Below are positions 9,735-18,839 of a stretch of 32,000 bases of DNA, piece after piece (position 1 is the stretch's first letter; each line of letters begins with the position of its first letter). Made by a program: the position numbers and the translations under genes. The notes beneath the pieces were generated by a model. That model was not told the DNA's origin, did no database searches, and saw only the letters and a list, made by a program, of their open reading frames with translations. The DNA is from a cyanobacterium endosymbiont of Braarudosphaera bigelowii (GTDB lineage Bacteria; Cyanobacteriota; Cyanobacteriia; Cyanobacteriales; Microcystaceae). Location of the stretch: NCBI RefSeq assembly GCF_020885515.1, contig NZ_AP024987.1:150001-182000 (forward strand), written 5' to 3'.

Positions 9735-9903
9735 TATTGTTCATCTCTATTTTCTTGTTTATTTTTATTGTAAATTTGTAATCGTGTTTGATCTAAGTAA
9801 GTATCTAACTACAATTCAGAACATATTACAAAGTCTTGATTATTAAGAATTAGTAATTACTTTTCTAATATACTAGCTTTAATTTATTGTTTTTGATGAC
9901 GGC

Positions 9904-10467
9904 CTAAATATTCCTTTTTAATTCTTCCATTTCATTATCTAGTTCCCAAAGTTGAAAATCAGCTTCTAAAGAATCAGAAGTTTTTTGAAAGTTGTTTTCT
10001 TTAATGTTTTGTTTTTCAGTATTAATAAAATAGTCAGAATTTGCTTCACTAGCTTTGAATTCTATTGTTTTAGCTTGAATTTCTTGTCTTCTTTTCATAA
10101 TTTGATTTAGTAAAGCTTTACCCTGAATAATTTTTTGTTTCGCCTTTTCCATCTCTTCCCATAATTGGTTTCCTTGTTGTATTAACAATATCTCTCTTTC
10201 TTGAGCAGCCTTTGATAAGTCTAAGCGTTTTGCTAGCTTTGCTTTTAATATTCTGCCATGCCATACTTTAACTTCTTCAGCTAAAGATATTATTTTAATT
10301 TCAAGATCTTTTTTTTCTTCATATTTTTCTGTAATTAGTTTAAGTGTTTTTTGTTCTTGTTCTCGTAATTGTTCTAAGAGATACTGTAATTCCAAGTTAG
10401 GGTTACTTTGGAGAAATTCTTCTAGACGGGTTTCTAAAAACTTTCCCAGGTCACTTAATAAATTCAT
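9904..10467 (-). CDS. Conserved cyanobacterial coiled-coil protein (resembles TIGR04376-type family, from memory)
   Basis: 187 aa. The N-terminal 'LGKFLETRLEEFLQSNPNLELQYLLEQLREQE' is followed by a long heptad-rich segment. Function unknown. Confidence 0.55.
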   Translation of the reverse strand: MNLLSDLGKFLETRLEEFLQSNPNLELQYLLEQLREQEQKTLKLITEKYEEKKDLEIKIISLAEEVKVWHGRILKAKLAKRLDLSKAAQEREILLIQQGNQLWEEMEKAKQKIIQGKALLNQIMKRRQEIQAKTIEFKASEANSDYFINTEKQNIKENNFQKTSDSLEADFQLWELDNEMEELKRNI

Positions 10468-10866
10468 GAGATATTTTAAATATATTCAAACTGCTTAATT
10501 GTAACAAAATGAAGATAAAAATTTACAAAGATCTAATTATAATAAGACATTAAGTTATTAAAATATTACAATAGAATAATATATCTAATTTTGAAAAAAT
10601 TACTGTGAATCAATAAACTATTAAAGTTTTTTATGATTAGATATATAGTTTCTAGCGTTTTTTACATAAACTATTTAAATTACTAATATAAATACTCACA
10701 AAAAAAACAATAGAGAATATTAAGTTAAACTAACTTGAACTTAAGTAAAAAAAATAGTCAAAAAAAGTAATAATCAACATTTAAAGATTTCTTTTTTTAT
10801 CAAGAGTTCAGATAATTTTACGCTCTCTAAATATTAATTAATGTCAAGTCAATCTATCATTTCTCC

Positions 10867-10910
10867 ATTTTCAAAGTACTATTTTTTATAATAAATAGTA
10901 CTTTGAAAAT
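10867..10910. promoter_or_regulatory. 16-bp perfect inverted repeat immediately upstream of the MoaD/ThiS-like gene
   Basis: ATTTTCAAAGTACTAT (10867-10882), a 12-nt loop, then ATAGTACTTTGAAAAT (10895-10910). It ends 26 nt before the ATG at 10937. No gene on either strand reads into it, so it is not a terminator of an annotated gene. Confidence 0.45.
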
Positions 10911-10936
10911 TATTCACACAACCAGACTATTTTCTT

Positions 10937-11212
10937 ATGAATGTAAAAATATTGATTCCTACTTCCCTTCAACGATATACAAATAACCAGGCTACTCTAG
11001 AATATAGCGTTGATACAATTGATAAGTTAATAAGCAGCATTGAAACAAATTTTCCCGAAATAAAAAGTCATTTAACTGATGATACTGGTAAACTTCATCG
11101 TTTTTTAAATTTTTACTTGAATAATGAAGATATACGATTTCTCGATAATACGAAAACTAAGTTAAAAGATGGAGACGAGGTAAGTATTATTTCGGCGATT
11201 GCTGGAGGTTAA
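10937..11212 (+). CDS. MoaD/ThiS-family ubiquitin-like sulfur-carrier protein (C-terminal GG)
   Basis: 91 aa ending '...DGDEVSIISAIAGG'. Size, the beta-grasp-like pattern and the terminal Gly-Gly fit the MoaD/ThiS/CysO family. Confidence 0.7.
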   Translation: MNVKILIPTSLQRYTNNQATLEYSVDTIDKLISSIETNFPEIKSHLTDDTGKLHRFLNFYLNNEDIRFLDNTKTKLKDGDEVSIISAIAGG

Positions 11213-11477
11213 AAGTCAAAATATGTGCACAATATAATTGTATCTACATTTAGGTATAGACCATATATATTAAAATTATAATATTCAAGTCATATATCAT
11301 AATTATTGAGTACTTAATATATAACTCTATAACGTTTTCTCAATATGATACTCTTGCTTATTTCATATAATATTCTGTGTAATGAAAAAATTGCTTCTAA
11401 CAAAAGAAATCATTATTCCTTTTAAAAGTCCTTAGTTTAGTGTAAAACTAAAAACTAGTATCAGGTTATTTATAGAT

Positions 11478-11521
11478 ATTAGTAGAGACATATTATGAAT
11501 TTGTAATATGTCTCTATTAAT
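11478..11521. repeat. Long hairpin (13 perfect bp, extendable to about 18) between the MoaD-like gene and recN
   Basis: TAGAGACATATTA (11483-11495), loop TGAATTTG, TAATATGTCTCTA (11504-11516), with flanking A/T and G-U pairs. There is no following U-run, so it is not a classical terminator. Confidence 0.4.
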
Positions 11522-11628
11522 TGAGCTCTTAATATAAAAATAGAAATTTTAATGTACTTTAAAGCTTGATTGATAGTTAATATATTTTAATTATCTTCTA
11601 GACTTTATGATTTAATACAATTTTATTC

Positions 11629-13389
11629 ATGCTTTCTTTATTGCAGATTAAAAACTTTGCCTTAATTGATAACTTAACTGTTGCATTCAACAGTGGTTTA
11701 AATGTTTTAACAGGAGAAACTGGTACTGGAAAATCTATAATTTTAGACGCAATTGATATTGTTTTGGGAGGAAGGATTAATCAACGTTTAATTCGCATAA
11801 AAACACAACATGTTTTTATAGAAGCGACATTTGAAACTAATAAATTGGTTTTGAGCTTATTACAAGAACACAAAATCAATTGTTACAAGGATAAAAAAAT
11901 AATATTTTCTAGAGAATTTTTTTTATATGGAAAAGCTATTAGATCACGTTTTCGTATTAATGGAACTTTAGTTAAATCACAGTTAATCAAGCAATTACGT
12001 CATCTTTTAATAGAAATAACTGCTCAGGATAGAACTTCACAGCTAATAGATTCTATTAGACAAAGAGAGTTACTAGATTTATATGGGCGTAACTTTATAT
12101 TGCGAGAAAAAGAATTAGTAAAATTTAATTATGAAAATGTTCAAGTTTTAGAAAAAAAACTCAATAAGAATAAGATTTTCCGAACAGAATATTTAAAACA
12201 TTTAACTTTATTAAAGAATCAATTTAAAGAACTAAAAGAAATTCAATTAGTTGATAAAGATGAATTGGAATCTCTACAGAAAGAGTATGATCGTCATTCC
12301 CATTCTGCAGAACTAAGAAAACTTAGTTATCAGATCTTTAAGTTGCTTTATCAAAGCGAGAATGAAATACCCGCAGTTATAGATTGTTTGAGTATAATAG
12401 AAGCTTTATTTTTGAAAATGATGGAGTATGATAAAAGTGTTCAGCCTTTAATAGAAATGTTAAGGTCTATATCAATTCAAGTTATTGATATAGGAGAAGA
12501 AATCAATAGATATGGATATAGGTTAGATACTGATCCTCAAGCTTTAGAAGAATTAGAAAATAAAATTCATCTCATGAAACAGTTTTGTCGAAAATATAAT
12601 ATAAGTTCTACTGATCTTATTGATCACCATAAAAAAATTACTTTAGAACTAAATAACTTAGAAAATTATGATAGATCTATAGAACATTTGGAAAAAGAAC
12701 TGCTTCTTTCTAAAAAACAGTTATTAGATAGTTGCCAAAAATTAACCATGCTTCGTAAAAAAGCTGCAAAAAAATTAGAAAAAAAGCTAATTGAAGAATT
12801 AAAGTCTTTGTCAATGGAAAAAGTAGTTTTCATATGTAAAGTAAGTCCTTCTTTTATTAGTATTCATGGAAATGATCAAGTAGATTTTTACTTTAGTCCT
12901 AATGAAGGAGAAAAAATACAACTTTTATCCCGCACTGCATCAGGTGGTGAAATGAGCCGCTTTTCATTAGCATTAAAGGCTTGTTTTATGAAATCTGAAG
13001 AATCTACAAAGTCATTAATATTTGATGAAATAGATACTGGCGTGTCTGGGAGAATAGCACAAGTAATTGCTGAAAAACTTTATAATTTAAGTACTAATCA
13101 TCAGGTTCTATGTGTTACTCATCAACCACTAGTTGCAGCAATGGCTATAAGTCATTTGCATGTAGAAAAATATATTATTCAAGAAGAGTTAATAACTAAA
13201 AATCAAGATAGCACGATATCAAAAGTATTAGAGCCTAGAACGGTTGTAAGAATTAGAAACCTGAATAATATTCATGATAGAAAACAGGAATTAGCTAAAT
13301 TAACAGGAGGTAATTCTTCAGAAGATGCAATGGAATTTATTGAATCATTACTAATACAAGCTAATTTTTATCGTTCTAGTAAACAATAA
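11629..13389 (+). CDS. recN: DNA repair protein RecN
   Basis: 586 aa. N-terminal 'IKNFALIDNLTVAFNSGLNVLTGETGTGKSIILDAI' (Walker A), a long central coiled coil, C-terminal 'ASGGEMSRFSLAL' (signature) and 'LIFDEIDTGVSG' (Walker B). Confidence 0.93.
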   Translation: MLSLLQIKNFALIDNLTVAFNSGLNVLTGETGTGKSIILDAIDIVLGGRINQRLIRIKTQHVFIEATFETNKLVLSLLQEHKINCYKDKKIIFSREFFLYGKAIRSRFRINGTLVKSQLIKQLRHLLIEITAQDRTSQLIDSIRQRELLDLYGRNFILREKELVKFNYENVQVLEKKLNKNKIFRTEYLKHLTLLKNQFKELKEIQLVDKDELESLQKEYDRHSHSAELRKLSYQIFKLLYQSENEIPAVIDCLSIIEALFLKMMEYDKSVQPLIEMLRSISIQVIDIGEEINRYGYRLDTDPQALEELENKIHLMKQFCRKYNISSTDLIDHHKKITLELNNLENYDRSIEHLEKELLLSKKQLLDSCQKLTMLRKKAAKKLEKKLIEELKSLSMEKVVFICKVSPSFISIHGNDQVDFYFSPNEGEKIQLLSRTASGGEMSRFSLALKACFMKSEESTKSLIFDEIDTGVSGRIAQVIAEKLYNLSTNHQVLCVTHQPLVAAMAISHLHVEKYIIQEELITKNQDSTISKVLEPRTVVRIRNLNNIHDRKQELAKLTGGNSSEDAMEFIESLLIQANFYRSSKQ

Positions 13390-13505
13390 ATTTTAATTAA
13401 TTTGTAGTATTTTAGCTAAAAGGGATTATCATAGCTATGTTTATATCAATTATTTCGAACATATTCTTACTTTAAATATACAAAATTAATACATTAAGCC
13501 ATAAA

Positions 13506-14636
13506 ATGGTCAATGAAAATATAGACTATTCTGATCATCCTCTAGCAGAATATATTTATCGTTTAGAAAATAACGATACTCTCCTTAACGATTCACCATT
13601 GAATGTTATTGAAGTTGTGGGAATACTAAAAAGTTACGGAATTATCCTAGACTCGTATTCTCGAAATTTAAACTATATTGCACATCATGAGTTTTTAAAT
13701 TTTTTTCCACTCTTTAAATATTTTAATGGGGAAATATCTATTAAAAAAATATTTAGACATTTAAAGCATCAGCGCATTAATTACGAATATGCAGAGTACT
13801 GCGTAAGAACTATGATGTGGCATGGTGGTGGGAATTTAGAAACTTATTTAGATGGTGAAGAGTTTACAAAAAATATAAATAATTTAATCTCAACTAAATT
13901 TAAATATAATTTATTAATTAAAATTGTTCATAAAATTTTTCCTGAATTTTTAATGGAACAAATGAGAATGATGGCCTATTACAGATGTTTAGGCCAATTC
14001 TGGAAAGAAATGTCTCACATTTTTTCATGTCTTTCAGACCGTTATGATAAATGTGAAATCCAAACTATTCCTGATATTGTTGAACATATTCTAGATAGTC
14101 TAAAGAAAAAAGCACATGAATCTATTTTTTATGAAGTTGAAGAAAGAAAACAAAAGTTCAAAATCATACCCAAGCTAGTACGTTTGGAATTGTTTCAGGA
14201 TGTTGTTATTCCTTATGCAGAATCTATTTTCTTTCGAGGAACACCATTTCCAGGTATTGTTTCTTATAATGCTCAAGAATATCAAATTCCTTCAGATAAA
14301 TCTTCTTTTACATATGGAATATTATATGCAGATCCTCTTCCAACAGGTGGAGCAGGAATTCCTCCAACTTTATTGATGAAAGATATTAGTTATTATATTC
14401 CCGAATATCTCCATAGCATCTATGCTCAAACTATTCGCCAAGAGGATGATCTGTTAGTACAAATCTGTAAAAGTTTTCAAAAATCTATGTTTTGTGTAAC
14501 GACAGCCGCAATTAAGGGCTTGGCACCGTATTCGTTGAATACAACTAATTTTGAAGAAAAGAAACAAAATCGAATTCACCTAAAAAAATGGATGAATCGT
14601 TTTCAATATTCACAGATTTCAATTATTAATGATTAG
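13506..14636 (+). CDS. cupB: CO2 hydration protein of NDH-1 CO2-uptake complexes (ChpX/CupB-type by length)
   Basis: 376 aa. 'HPLAEYIYRLE...VIEVVGILKSYGIILDSYSRNL...FFPLFKYFNGEIS...INYEYAEYCVRTMMWHGGG' matches the ChpX/ChpY (CupA/CupB) family as I remember it. Confidence 0.8.
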   Translation: MVNENIDYSDHPLAEYIYRLENNDTLLNDSPLNVIEVVGILKSYGIILDSYSRNLNYIAHHEFLNFFPLFKYFNGEISIKKIFRHLKHQRINYEYAEYCVRTMMWHGGGNLETYLDGEEFTKNINNLISTKFKYNLLIKIVHKIFPEFLMEQMRMMAYYRCLGQFWKEMSHIFSCLSDRYDKCEIQTIPDIVEHILDSLKKKAHESIFYEVEERKQKFKIIPKLVRLELFQDVVIPYAESIFFRGTPFPGIVSYNAQEYQIPSDKSSFTYGILYADPLPTGGAGIPPTLLMKDISYYIPEYLHSIYAQTIRQEDDLLVQICKSFQKSMFCVTTAAIKGLAPYSLNTTNFEEKKQNRIHLKKWMNRFQYSQISIIND

Positions 14637-14804
14637 TAAAATGATTATTTCATATTTATTTTAAAAAACAAGATGATTTTGATTATATTTTTACGTATTC
14701 AATCAAAAACTTCACATTTTAATAAAAATAATTAAAATTAAGGCTTTATTATTTGAAGCAAAACATTTAATATAGAAAGTAGAGTTACTACAAAATTTGT
14801 CATT

Positions 14805-15059
14805 ATGAATATTGCAAATATTATCAGCGCATTTTCTTGGGATACACTTTTAGCAGCGTTAACTTATTTAACTTTGAGCATTTCATATCTTTTAATAGTG
14901 CCAGGCTTAATTTATATTTACCTTAAGAGTCGCTGGTATGTAGCAAGCTCAATTGAAAGGACCTTTATGTATTCTTTAATGTTTTTCTTTTTCCCAGGTG
15001 TACTTCTCTTAAGTCCTTTCTTAAACTTTCGTCCAAAACGTCGCCAATTAAATGTATAA
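14805..15059 (+). CDS. ndhL: NAD(P)H-quinone oxidoreductase subunit L (NdhL)
   Basis: 84 aa with two TM helices. 'YLLIVPGLIYIYLKSRWYVASSIERTFMY' matches the conserved NdhL/IctA core. Confidence 0.8.
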   Translation: MNIANIISAFSWDTLLAALTYLTLSISYLLIVPGLIYIYLKSRWYVASSIERTFMYSLMFFFFPGVLLLSPFLNFRPKRRQLNV

Positions 15060-15088
15060 AGTTAAGAGCACATATATTTTAAATTACT

Positions 15089-15376
15089 ATGAAACGAATT
15101 GATGTGATTATTATTAGCCTGTGTATTTTTGCTGGAGGAGGCTTTATTTACATTGCTTTTAGATTAATAGGTCTTGATCATTTATCTGCCGGAATATGGA
15201 GTCAAGTGCTTTTTATCTTAGGTCTATTAGGTTGGACATCAACCTACTTGTTTAGGGTAGCTAATAAAAACATGACTTATAATCAGCAATTAAAAAACTA
15301 TGAAGATGCTGTGCTTCAAAAATATATCGAAGAAATGACCCCTGAAGAGCTTAAGGAATTAGAAAGAGAAATTTAA
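15089..15376 (+). CDS. DUF3007-family small membrane protein
   Basis: 95 aa. 'GIWSQVLFILGLLGWTSTYLFRVANKNMTYNQQLKNYEDAVLQK' matches the conserved cyanobacterial/plastid-lineage DUF3007 core. It starts 29 nt after ndhL on the same strand. Confidence 0.75.
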   Translation: MKRIDVIIISLCIFAGGGFIYIAFRLIGLDHLSAGIWSQVLFILGLLGWTSTYLFRVANKNMTYNQQLKNYEDAVLQKYIEEMTPEELKELEREI

Positions 15377-15377
15377 A

Positions 15378-15569
15378 ATGAGTAAATTTTTTTCAAGGAA
15401 TCCTAGAGTTAGGGCGTTTAATTTTTTTGATATTAAAGATTACAATATTATACGAAAGTTAAAATTTTATATTTTCAATAGACACAATTATAGATTTATT
15501 ATCGATAACACTCATATGAGAAGAATATTGAGAAGCCTAGATGTTAGAATACATAGATTTAGATTATAA
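15378..15569 (+). CDS. 63-aa highly basic ORF, probably not a gene
   Basis: The ATG is 1 nt after the DUF3007 stop. The composition (R/K/N/I/F-rich) is what AT-rich non-coding DNA yields. No family recognised. Confidence 0.15.
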   Translation: MSKFFSRNPRVRAFNFFDIKDYNIIRKLKFYIFNRHNYRFIIDNTHMRRILRSLDVRIHRFRL

Positions 15570-15994
15570 TTTCGTCTCTTACTGAAAGTTAAGTTTGTAA
15601 GTATTTTGAAAACTATAGAAGTTTATCTTTTAATCTTATCTAAACTATCTTCTTTATAACAAAATAGTTTTGTTCTCTTAGTAATTAATTACTTTAATTT
15701 TAAAGTCTTATTAAGAATATTTGCATGTTACTACAATATTCTTGAGTTACTCAAAACATATCATAATAAAGATTTTAAAATGTATTTATATAATTTATTT
15801 AAGACTGTATACTCCACACATAAAAATTATTATATTAATTGCAATATTAATATATCATTAGTTTTATAATATATTTTTTAAAGTTATCTATAATATTTTC
15901 TAATTAACCAGATATCAATTAGTGAAGAAATTATAATTTAACAAACAATAGTTTCACTGTTAAAACGAAATACATAATAATATTTTAGAAATAA

Positions 15995-16948
15995 ATGGAT
16001 TATAAAGATTACTATAGAATTCTTGAGGTCAGTAAAAGTGCGAATGAGAATGAAATTAAAAAAGCTTTCCGTAAACTGGCTGTAAAGTACCATCCTGACA
16101 GGAATCCTGGTAATAAAAAAGCTGAAGAACATTTTAAAGAAATTAGCGAAGCTTATGAAGTATTGTCCGATACTGAACAACGGAAACAATATGATCAATC
16201 CAATAAATCTTATACACATACAAATTATTCTTACAATCAAAATAATATCAAGAATAATAAAAAATGTACTAATACTAATAACTTTGACTTAAGTAAATAT
16301 AGGAGTTTTGAAGAGTTTATAAGCGATTTATTCGGTTATACCTCAACTCATAAAACTTCTAAAACTGAATTTAACAATCGATCTTCAGGTAATGTTGAAT
16401 ATGAAGGTACCTCATCAAAACAAGAGACAACATTACATCTGACATATTCGGAGGGTTTTTACGGTACACAAAAACGAGTTAATTTAGGTAACAAAATTAT
16501 TAATGTCCGTATTCCTTCAGGCGCCAAAAATGGTAGCCGCATCAAAGTTAGGCAAAAAAGTATTAATAACCCTCAGAATAAACATGAAGAAGATTTTTAT
16601 CTTAATATTAAGCTAACTCCTCATCCTTTTTTTAGCTTTGAATCAGACAGTCTTACTTGTGAAATACCTATTACTTTTGATGAAGCTATACTAGGCACGA
16701 ATATAGATGTACCGACACCAGATGGGATAGTAACTGTTAAAGTTCCTGCTGGTATTCGAAATGGTACATTCATGAGACTTCGTGGGAAAGGTTGGATTCA
16801 CCCCAAAAACAATAGAGGAGATCAATTGGTAAAAATAACAATTGATACTCCTCAAAATGTAAATAATGTTGAGAAGGACTATTATAAAAAGATCTTTGAT
16901 AATAGAAATTATGACCCTAGAGATGATATAAAAAATATCAAATTATAA
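15995..16948 (+). CDS. DnaJ-domain co-chaperone lacking the zinc finger (CbpA/class II-like)
   Basis: J domain '[55 protein letters not shown]' with HPD. There is no CxxCxGxG repeat. An Asn-rich linker replaces the G/F region. The C-terminal DnaJ_C beta domains are present ('[10 protein letters not shown]', 'LRGKGW'). Confidence 0.85.
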   Translation: MDYKDYYRILEVSKSANENEIKKAFRKLAVKYHPDRNPGNKKAEEHFKEISEAYEVLSDTEQRKQYDQSNKSYTHTNYSYNQNNIKNNKKCTNTNNFDLSKYRSFEEFISDLFGYTSTHKTSKTEFNNRSSGNVEYEGTSSKQETTLHLTYSEGFYGTQKRVNLGNKIINVRIPSGAKNGSRIKVRQKSINNPQNKHEEDFYLNIKLTPHPFFSFESDSLTCEIPITFDEAILGTNIDVPTPDGIVTVKVPAGIRNGTFMRLRGKGWIHPKNNRGDQLVKITIDTPQNVNNVEKDYYKKIFDNRNYDPRDDIKNIKL

Positions 16949-16982
16949 ATATTACTAAAGTATATTCTCATGATTTATTATC

Positions 16983-17019
16983 TAGTTTTTAGAAAAACTA
17001 TATATTTAAAGTTTTTCTA
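16983..17019. terminator. Overlapping alternative hairpins between convergent dnaJ-like and tRNA-fMet genes
   Basis: TAGAAAAACT (16990-16999) pairs with AGTTTTTCTA (17010-17019). Alternatively TAGTTTTT (16983-16990) pairs with AAAAACTA (16993-17000). There are no clean U-runs. Confidence 0.3.
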
Positions 17020-17051
17020 AAAGCTAAATAATATTTGATTGTACCTATCTA

Positions 17052-17125
<74 letters not shown>

Positions 17126-17176
17126 TCGCATTTATAATGATAACACTAAACTGTGTAAAATAGCAATTTTTTTTAA

Positions 17177-18130
17177 TTAAACCATTGTCAACTCTCCAAT
17201 AACCTCCAAACGCTTATATTTAGTTAAAAGAGTGAATGTTTCTGATAATATCTCAGCTACAGCTGGATTAATCCATCCCATCTGTCGTAACAAATGAATA
17301 GCGACTGTGTATTTAGCTCTTTCGGATCCATCAAGAGCTTTAATAGCAAGTCCCATACCTTGTCCCACTTGCCCAACACATTGAATGCCTTCTGCACCTG
17401 TTTTACTAACTAATTGTCCTTCTGTTAAATGCATCAGTTCTGTATCAAAGCTTTTAGATCCAGCTACCATAGCAGGGTAATAGGTCATAGCTCTTAGAAT
17501 TCTTTCTAAATCAAGATTATTACCTGAAGTTAATTGAGCATATAAATGGGCCATTTGTGATAATTTCATGGAATAGGTGGGAACTCCACAGTCATCATGA
17601 GCACCAATTAATTCCTCCCCTGGTATTTTTAATAGTTCCCCAATTTTTTTTAAAATTAATTGTTGTATAGGAGATGTTCGTTTTAAATAAGTGTTTAGTG
17701 ACCAATTCCTTTGCTTACAAACAGCTAGCATGCCTGCATGTTTTCCTGAGCAATTATGATATAAAGAGCTACTGCGCCCTTCAGGTATTGGACATTGTAA
17801 ACAAATAGGATCAATATCTGTTTGCCATAGTATATTAAATACTTGCCGTACTTGCTCAATTCTACCTTGGTGAGAACTGCAAATAATAGCTAAATCCTTA
17901 TCTTTTAGTCGGTATCTTTCCAGTGTTCCTGTTCCCATTACTGCCATAGCTTGAAATGGTTGAAGTGAAGAGCGAACGAAAGCTGTAGTTTCTGCATTAC
18001 CAGCGACTAAAAGAGTACGTCCACGGTCATCACAAACAGTAGCTTCTACAAAATGAGTAGATTCAATTATTCCTTCTCGAAGTAAATTAACTTCTATCTT
18101 GGGCGCTGAATATCTTTTTGCTCTAGTCAT
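17177..18130 (-). CDS. Asparaginase II family protein (PF06089-like)
   Basis: 317 aa. 'SSLQPFQA', 'CSSHQG', 'HNCSGKHAGMLA', 'DDCGVPT' and 'KTGAEG' are the conserved blocks of the Rhizobium-type L-asparaginase II family. Confidence 0.8.
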   Translation of the reverse strand: MTRAKRYSAPKIEVNLLREGIIESTHFVEATVCDDRGRTLLVAGNAETTAFVRSSLQPFQAMAVMGTGTLERYRLKDKDLAIICSSHQGRIEQVRQVFNILWQTDIDPICLQCPIPEGRSSSLYHNCSGKHAGMLAVCKQRNWSLNTYLKRTSPIQQLILKKIGELLKIPGEELIGAHDDCGVPTYSMKLSQMAHLYAQLTSGNNLDLERILRAMTYYPAMVAGSKSFDTELMHLTEGQLVSKTGAEGIQCVGQVGQGMGLAIKALDGSERAKYTVAIHLLRQMGWINPAVAEILSETFTLLTKYKRLEVIGELTMV

Positions 18131-18329
18131 GAGAAATTAAATGTACAAAGCAAGAACTATAGTATTTTTTAGAGTATCTACAACAATTAATTATACTTAG
18201 AAAATGTTGGTATTTTTATAGAAGCTAATTTCAATAATTTGTATAAAGTTCGTACTTTTAGCAGTCTATGTTAATGTCCTCTATCGTAAAAATATAACGT
18301 TTCTATAGGTAGTATCTTTAAGCTATTTT

Positions 18330-18839
18330 CTAAGCTGTTGAAAAATAAAGCCATATCATGGTGTGAACAAACATTACAAGGCTTAATAGACTAATTGTAT
18401 TAATCAGTCTATTTACTATAGGGTTGACTTGATAAGACATTATTAAACGATCACGTATAACCATTTCTGAAGGTTTTATCCAAGTTTGTCCATCATACCA
18501 TCCTGATTCTTCATAAAAAATCGTTTTCTTTTTCAGGCGTCCTTTAATATGATACCAACCAGAAGTTAACTGCAATAAAATTAAAATCAGAAGAACTCCT
18601 GCTCCTAAGTCACTTGATACTACAAATAATAGTAAAGACTGATCAGGAGGAAAACTAGCTGCGGCAAGGGGACTAGAAAGAAGCCATCCAATACTCCATA
18701 TAATAATAATATTGCGTAAGAATAAATATTTTTCAGAAGTCGCCAAACAAAAGAACCAAGATGTCTTTAACTCTTCATACTCATTAATGGGCTGCTGCTC
18801 AGATGGAACAGGACAAACCTTGATAAATTGTCTTCTCAT
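18330..18839 (-). CDS. ycf36: Ycf36/DUF1230 (CGLD27-like) membrane protein
   Basis: 169 aa. The N-terminal 'CPVPSEQQPINEYEELKTSWFF' is the DUF1230 signature, followed by TM helices. Its ATG overlaps the rsfS stop (ATGA). Confidence 0.7.
   Translation of the reverse strand: MRRQFIKVCPVPSEQQPINEYEELKTSWFFCLATSEKYLFLRNIIIIWSIGWLLSSPLAAASFPPDQSLLLFVVSSDLGAGVLLILILLQLTSGWYHIKGRLKKKTIFYEESGWYDGQTWIKPSEMVIRDRLIMSYQVNPIVNRLINTISLLSLVMFVHTMIWLYFSTA

Noticed and set aside
11213-11628. SOS/LexA operator upstream of recN (cyanobacterial RGTACNNNDGTWCB type). I also tested the AGTACT-containing repeat at 10867-10910 as a LexA site.
   Set aside because: The GTAC-containing candidates (near 11322 and near 11553) fail the second half-site. 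The 10867-10910 repeat has 16 nt between its AGTACT cores instead of the expected short spacing.
15938-16240. 100-aa ORF antisense to the 5' end of the dnaJ-like gene. Similar nested or antisense ORFs occur at 138-323, 6582-6770, 9319-9525, 23223-23405, 24740-24985, 27115-27357, 29553-29816 and 30481-30735.
   Set aside because: Each lies entirely inside, or opposite, a CDS with strong family motifs. Their translations are low-complexity or hydrophobic with no recognisable motif, so they are typical shadow ORFs.
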